Below, one piece after another: positions 60,050 to 64,000 of a stretch of DNA of 64,000 nucleotides (its first letter is position 1; each line of letters opens with the position of its first letter). The position numbers were made by a program, and so were the translations under genes. Source of the stretch: a plasmid. A model generated the notes under the pieces. That model was not told where the DNA came from. It did not search any database and worked only from the letters and a program-made list of their open reading frames with translations. The DNA lies in the sequence record NZ_CP041047.1; one strand, written 5' to 3'.

Positions 60050-60604
60050 TTAGCTTTCGATTTTGCTGACGTTTACGGTGTCATCGTCGTTACGCTTTAC
60101 ACCCAGCATGGTATCGCCATCGACTTCGATAATGCCGTCAAAGTAGTCGGTCATTTCGTCATAGCTGACTTCATCAAGGTCATCCAGCCGGTAGGAAGAG
60201 CCATCCGGCAGAACAAACTGACCATCCAGCGTGGCAAGGTCATACGCCAGCGGGGTAACCGTGAAGTAATACTCATCGGTGAACCAGACCGCGCCAACCA
60301 CCAGTGGGTGAGAAATGTGGAATTCGACGGTGTTATAGCCCTGCGCTGCGATTGCATCCAGCAAATCAATGAAGCCGGGCATCGTATCGCCATCCCAGCC
60401 ATCAGCCGATAAGGAAGGCTTGAGGTTATCCCAGTCGCTCAGACTGAAAAACACTGTGCCCTCACCGTCATCGCTGATATGGGATGAAATGTACGTCGCG
60501 CTTGCTTTTGAAGCCATTGCAAACAGGAAGTCCTCATCGAGCACGTGTTTGAGGGAGGTTTTAAAAACCTTGTCAGTGCCTGCTGCCGGGATAATCGCTA
60601 ACAT
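60050..60604 (-). CDS. acidic protein (184 aa from MLAIIPAAG with RBS GAGGTG), candidate DNA-mimic/anti-restriction-like
   Basis: Asp/Glu-rich throughout (DDLDEVSYDEMTDYFDGIIEVDGD); conserved motif 54 bp upstream. Confidence 0.4.
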   Translation of the reverse strand: MLAIIPAAGTDKVFKTSLKHVLDEDFLFAMASKASATYISSHISDDGEGTVFFSLSDWDNLKPSLSADGWDGDTMPGFIDLLDAIAAQGYNTVEFHISHPLVVGAVWFTDEYYFTVTPLAYDLATLDGQFVLPDGSSYRLDDLDEVSYDEMTDYFDGIIEVDGDTMLGVKRNDDDTVNVSKIES

Positions 60605-60657
60605 GAAACACCTCAGTGGTTGTGTTGGTCTGTTTTTATTATCGAACGACTGAGTCT

Positions 60658-60666
60658 GCTGACGAA
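60658..60666 (+). promoter_or_regulatory. conserved motif CTGACGAAG (copy 15)
   Basis: 54 bp upstream of the 60604 start. Confidence 0.4.
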
Positions 60667-60937
60667 GGAAAAAAGGGGACAAAAAGAGGCTGTTTTCTCA
60701 ATAAAATCAGAAAGATTGTGACGGCCCGAATTCAGATGAAACGGGCGCAGACGGGGGGTTATTTGCTGGCGGATTCGGCTTCGTAAATGACTTCGTCGGC
60801 CCAGTCTCGATCAAATCCCGGCATCACCGGTAATGCTGCAACGACATCGGTAGGGAGGGCATCAATATAATCGCGCATGGCTTTTGCCACTTCCAGCAGT
60901 TCATTTTGCTTCATCATTTTCTCGCTCATTATCTCTG

Positions 60938-61246
60938 TCAGAAACCATCCAGCAGGAAGTCCACCGCACTTTTGATAGTGTGCCGGAACGGAGATGCGTC
61001 CATGACCGCCTGACCGAGCTGCTTCACGCGGACTGAAGCCATTTCATGCGTCATCAGGATAACGTCATTCCCTTCCACCTGTATGACCGGAGTTAATCGC
61101 GCAACCGGGGCCGAGGCTCCTTTTTTAAGCCGATGAAGGGGGATCACCAGGCGGGTATTTAACTCGCCAATGATGTCGCTCTGTATATCCAGCAGGTAAG
61201 GGTATGCCTGGCTGTTGCCGGGATTGCGGTAAACGGTATATTGCAT
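60938..61246 (-). CDS. ccdB: CcdB-family gyrase toxin (102 aa)
   Basis: MQYTVYRNPGNSQAYPYLLDIQSDIIG...VIPL...MTHEMASVRV parallels F-plasmid CcdB ([26 protein letters not shown]...MTTDMASVPV). Confidence 0.8.
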   Translation of the reverse strand: MQYTVYRNPGNSQAYPYLLDIQSDIIGELNTRLVIPLHRLKKGASAPVARLTPVIQVEGNDVILMTHEMASVRVKQLGQAVMDASPFRHTIKSAVDFLLDGF

Positions 61247-61248
61247 TA

Positions 61249-61488
61249 TCAGAACGTCCTGTATTCGTCAGACAGTAACCCATGCTCTTCAGTGATGCGG
61301 TTCAACTCCTGAATACCAGCACGATTCTGTCGTTTCCATTCTTCCGCTGCACTGGCCTTCAGTTTGCTCTGAAGCGCTTCTGCCAGCGTGGCGGACAAGT
61401 TAATCCCAGCGTCTTTTGCCTGCTGTACGAGCATTGGCTCAAGGGTGACACTGACGGTTTTTTTCTGGCGAGCAGCTGTAGCCTGCAT
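61249..61488 (-). CDS. ccdA: CcdA-family antitoxin (79 aa)
   Basis: small protein immediately upstream of and coupled to ccdB; TVSVTLEP...AEEWKRQNRAGIQELNRITEEHG resembles CcdA. Confidence 0.7.
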   Translation of the reverse strand: MQATAARQKKTVSVTLEPMLVQQAKDAGINLSATLAEALQSKLKASAAEEWKRQNRAGIQELNRITEEHGLLSDEYRTF

Positions 61489-61626
61489 GTGTCCTCCAAT
61501 AAAAAAGCACGTGTCGATTACACGTGCTTTAAGTATGCGCCCATTTTATCCCACCAGCAAATTTGTTTGCCTCCGAGAGAGTCTACTGCGTCAGTTCAGC
61601 AGGTCAGATGGCCTAGACCGCAGAGG

Positions 61627-62091
61627 CTACGTTTTTCCAATCATGATAAGCAACACACGCCTGTTTGGCAGGTTGGCTGCAACTTTAGCTGCTTTATCAA
61701 TGCTTTGTGCTGTATACACTACCCCTCTTTCTTTCAGGTTCTCCGCGTTCTGACGCAGCGTTTCCTCTGAAAAGCTGGACGACTCATCAATGCCAACTGG
61801 GCCGGGCTTTGCACCGCGCAAACTGAATGGCACAGGGCCATGCCAATCATTCTTTACCAGTAACAGTCGGGCATCAATGATCCGTCCTGGTAGCTTTCTT
61901 TCGATGAGGTAACTTTTTCCGGTTCCAGTGCTGCCAATCAGGCAAACGGTGTAACCGAAACGCAATGCCCATCGAATGATTAGAGCCCAATACCGCGCCC
62001 GGAACGCGGAAATGACAGGCATTTCACCTGGTCTAAATACCGCTGCGAAAAGACATGAATAGCTATATTTCTCAGCGTTACAATCTTTCAT
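61627..62091 (-). CDS. small P-loop NTPase-like protein (154 aa; Walker A GSTGTGKS)
   Basis: Walker A only; no clear Walker B; last gene of the five-gene cassette. Confidence 0.4.
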   Translation of the reverse strand: MKDCNAEKYSYSCLFAAVFRPGEMPVISAFRARYWALIIRWALRFGYTVCLIGSTGTGKSYLIERKLPGRIIDARLLLVKNDWHGPVPFSLRGAKPGPVGIDESSSFSEETLRQNAENLKERGVVYTAQSIDKAAKVAANLPNRRVLLIMIGKT

Positions 62092-62765
62092 AAAACTTTA
62101 TCCAGTGATGTGTTTTTGGGGAATTTTCTGCCCGCCCAGCAGGTAGCTGGTGTATCTGAAGTACATAACATCTTGTAGTTGCCTCTGACTATCTCTCTGG
62201 ATATAGACTTATCAAATTCATTTCTATCCATATCAAATAGCCAGTAGAACCCATCAGCATAGATAATTGTGGTTCGATTGGGATCCGAAGCTACGACGCG
62301 AGCATCCGTAATCAAATTCTCCTCATAGCGCAAAGGCGAAGCGGAGAAAAAGAATATTATTAATACGAACCAACTCCCTATGAAACACGGTAAAACATGT
62401 TTTTTGCAATCCTTTAAACCATCTTTGTTGCCTTTCATTTTGTAGTCATAAAGACCAAGCAAAAAAAGTAAGAAAGAAAAAGCAAACCCCAGAAAAACGT
62501 GAGTATAAAACTGATGGATGCCGTCACTCCATGTAATACTGATACTTCCAGCATTTGTTCTTTTTGTTGTTATTTCTAATACGGAAATGAAAATGGCTGT
62601 TAACTGACTAAAACAAAATATTTTTATGCTTAATTCAGACTTAAACGCTTTGTTATATACTAATACAATCACAAAAAGTATTACGATTACAAAAGCTGTA
62701 ATCATAAACTCACTCATCATCATGAGCACACTGTTATTAATACTGTAATTTATGTTCATCATCAC
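62088..62765 (-). CDS. polytopic membrane protein (225 aa), very AT-rich gene
   Basis: at least 4 hydrophobic helices; codon usage and GC atypical for the neighbourhood. Confidence 0.45.
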   Translation of the reverse strand: MMMNINYSINNSVLMMMSEFMITAFVIVILFVIVLVYNKAFKSELSIKIFCFSQLTAIFISVLEITTKRTNAGSISITWSDGIHQFYTHVFLGFAFSFLLFLLGLYDYKMKGNKDGLKDCKKHVLPCFIGSWFVLIIFFFSASPLRYEENLITDARVVASDPNRTTIIYADGFYWLFDMDRNEFDKSISREIVRGNYKMLCTSDTPATCWAGRKFPKNTSLDKVL

Positions 62766-62812
62766 TCCTTAATTTCACAACTTTTCATCATTTTATTTGA
62801 GAATTGACAGGC

Positions 62813-63223
62813 TTATCGAGTAGGGGGTTTAGCGTCCTTGAATATGTTCGCTCGTGTGGCGCTCACTAGACACCAGATAACAGAAGAAAGCAGAGCAAGC
62901 ATTGCGTAAACCATTCGGAAGTTTGAATCCCACTTCGCGGTTACTATTGATTCATCGACCGCCTCGCGAACGCAGGGAGATTCGATAAGTGTCGGGGGAG
63001 TCGTGGATTGTGGCTCTTCGGTACATACCATTAGTTTGCCGACCGGAGCACCATCAATGACAGCCCTGGCTGCACTAACCAGATGCGCTGAAGGTGAACC
63101 TGAATAGTTCATGCAGATGAACGTGATAAATAAAGCAATCGCCGGGCCGGAGACCAGAGTGAAGAATGCGAAGCTGCGGCAGGCCGTAGTATGGCGATGC
63201 AAATTAGCGAGAAATGTCATCAT
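62813..63223 (-). CDS. membrane protein (136 aa, 2-3 TM segments)
   Basis: hydrophobic segments; ATGA overlap with the upstream gene. Confidence 0.45.
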   Translation of the reverse strand: MMTFLANLHRHTTACRSFAFFTLVSGPAIALFITFICMNYSGSPSAHLVSAARAVIDGAPVGKLMVCTEEPQSTTPPTLIESPCVREAVDESIVTAKWDSNFRMVYAMLALLSSVIWCLVSATRANIFKDAKPPTR

Positions 63224-63861
63224 GATTTGTCACTCTGGGTTTTAGTCGTATCCGACTCGGTGTCACATCGCTGGAAAGCTACTTGAGGAGGAATTTGATC
63301 AACCCCGGTAAAGCAATATTTCAGGGATAGTTGCTTTTTTCCCTCATCCAGTCCAACAAAAAAGATATCGACCGGATCTTCATGAAGTAGCTCTTTTGAG
63401 AGCCGGTTGTAGGCCATCCAGCTCCCAACCATATCGACCATTGGCTTAAATTTATCAGTTGCGTTATCTGTAGGTTTAAATGGAATTACACGGAAAACAT
63501 TCCATCGTGAGCAACGAACCAGCAATTGAGCATCACTCTGAAAGACGTCCAGATCAGTGTTATTTGTCAGGACTTTACACAGCGACTTGAGATCGTTACC
63601 CCTGACCTCCAGTTGGCTGAAGCTTCTATAATACTTTTCACATCCAGTTAAGTGCTGAGCGTAGCACTGCTTCAACAGTGTTGTGTCGTTACTGGCCTGC
63701 AATTGAGTATCTTTCGCCACATAGGCATCACTGATAAGAAAATCGGGATAGAGGTGTCCCTCCCATAGCAGTTTCTCGGCGATAGCGCCCCCCAGCACCA
63801 CCACCAATAAGATAAAAAAAATTGGGAACGTCTTACCCAGAGGTATTTTCATAAATCTCAC
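63220..63861 (-). CDS. N-terminally anchored/secreted protein (213 aa)
   Basis: signal-anchor FPIFFILLVVVLGGAIA; several Cys in the periplasmic part. Confidence 0.45.
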   Translation of the reverse strand: MRFMKIPLGKTFPIFFILLVVVLGGAIAEKLLWEGHLYPDFLISDAYVAKDTQLQASNDTTLLKQCYAQHLTGCEKYYRSFSQLEVRGNDLKSLCKVLTNNTDLDVFQSDAQLLVRCSRWNVFRVIPFKPTDNATDKFKPMVDMVGSWMAYNRLSKELLHEDPVDIFFVGLDEGKKQLSLKYCFTGVDQIPPQVAFQRCDTESDTTKTQSDKS

Positions 63862-63867
63862 CAGTCG

Positions 63868-64000
63868 TTAATTTGAGGTAAATTTGCTTTCCAGATTCAG
63901 AATGCATTTTTCATGTGCATACATGACGGCGGAATCATGGCCGTAATAGAGTTCGCCATTTTCACGCTGCCACTCACGCGCTTTTCGGGTACGGAATGCT
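63868..64000 (-). CDS. 3' end of an upstream gene (partial, runs off the window); C-terminus ...NGELYYGHDSAVMYAHEKCILNLESKFTSN*
   Basis: open minus-strand frame to the window edge, with a stop 6 bp before the next start. Confidence 0.35.
   Translation of the reverse strand, partial: AFRTRKAREWQRENGELYYGHDSAVMYAHEKCILNLESKFTSN

Overview
This window looks like a large enterobacterial plasmid (or phage-plasmid-like replicon) backbone that has captured a 17.9-kb block of chromosomal housekeeping genes. The backbone carries two RepFIB-family initiator genes with two different iteron families, a type Ia (P1-like) parAB partition module with an operator and a 60-bp tandem repeat array, ccdAB and Res-Xre (RES toxin) toxin-antitoxin loci, a ParB-like nuclease-domain protein, a DnaB-family helicase in a three-gene operon, two paralogous HNH endonucleases, NrdH-like and HAD-like proteins, and many small unknown ORFs. 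The chromosomal block (malT, glpRGE, glpD, glgPACXB, asd) is 90-93% identical in protein sequence to the E. coli orthologues but with higher GC. It is flanked by two directly repeated IS5-family (ISKpn26-like) copies, and the whole 20.3-kb unit is bracketed by an identical 4-bp TTAG direct repeat, which is the signature of composite-transposon insertion into the plasmid. Other mobile DNA is an intact IS21 (istAB) and two inverted IS1 copies enclosing a lacY-3'/lacA-5' remnant. Across the backbone, at least 15 minus-strand genes are each preceded, about 45-80 bp before the start codon (mostly 50-58), by the same AGGTGACGAAG motif, suggesting a shared promoter/operator regulon. Several compact operons of unknown function are flagged as candidate uncharacterised systems. 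These are a 133-aa protein plus a 566-aa classic AAA+ ATPase, a five-gene membrane/P-loop cassette, an LRR protein operon, and an HExxH metallopeptidase/membrane module.
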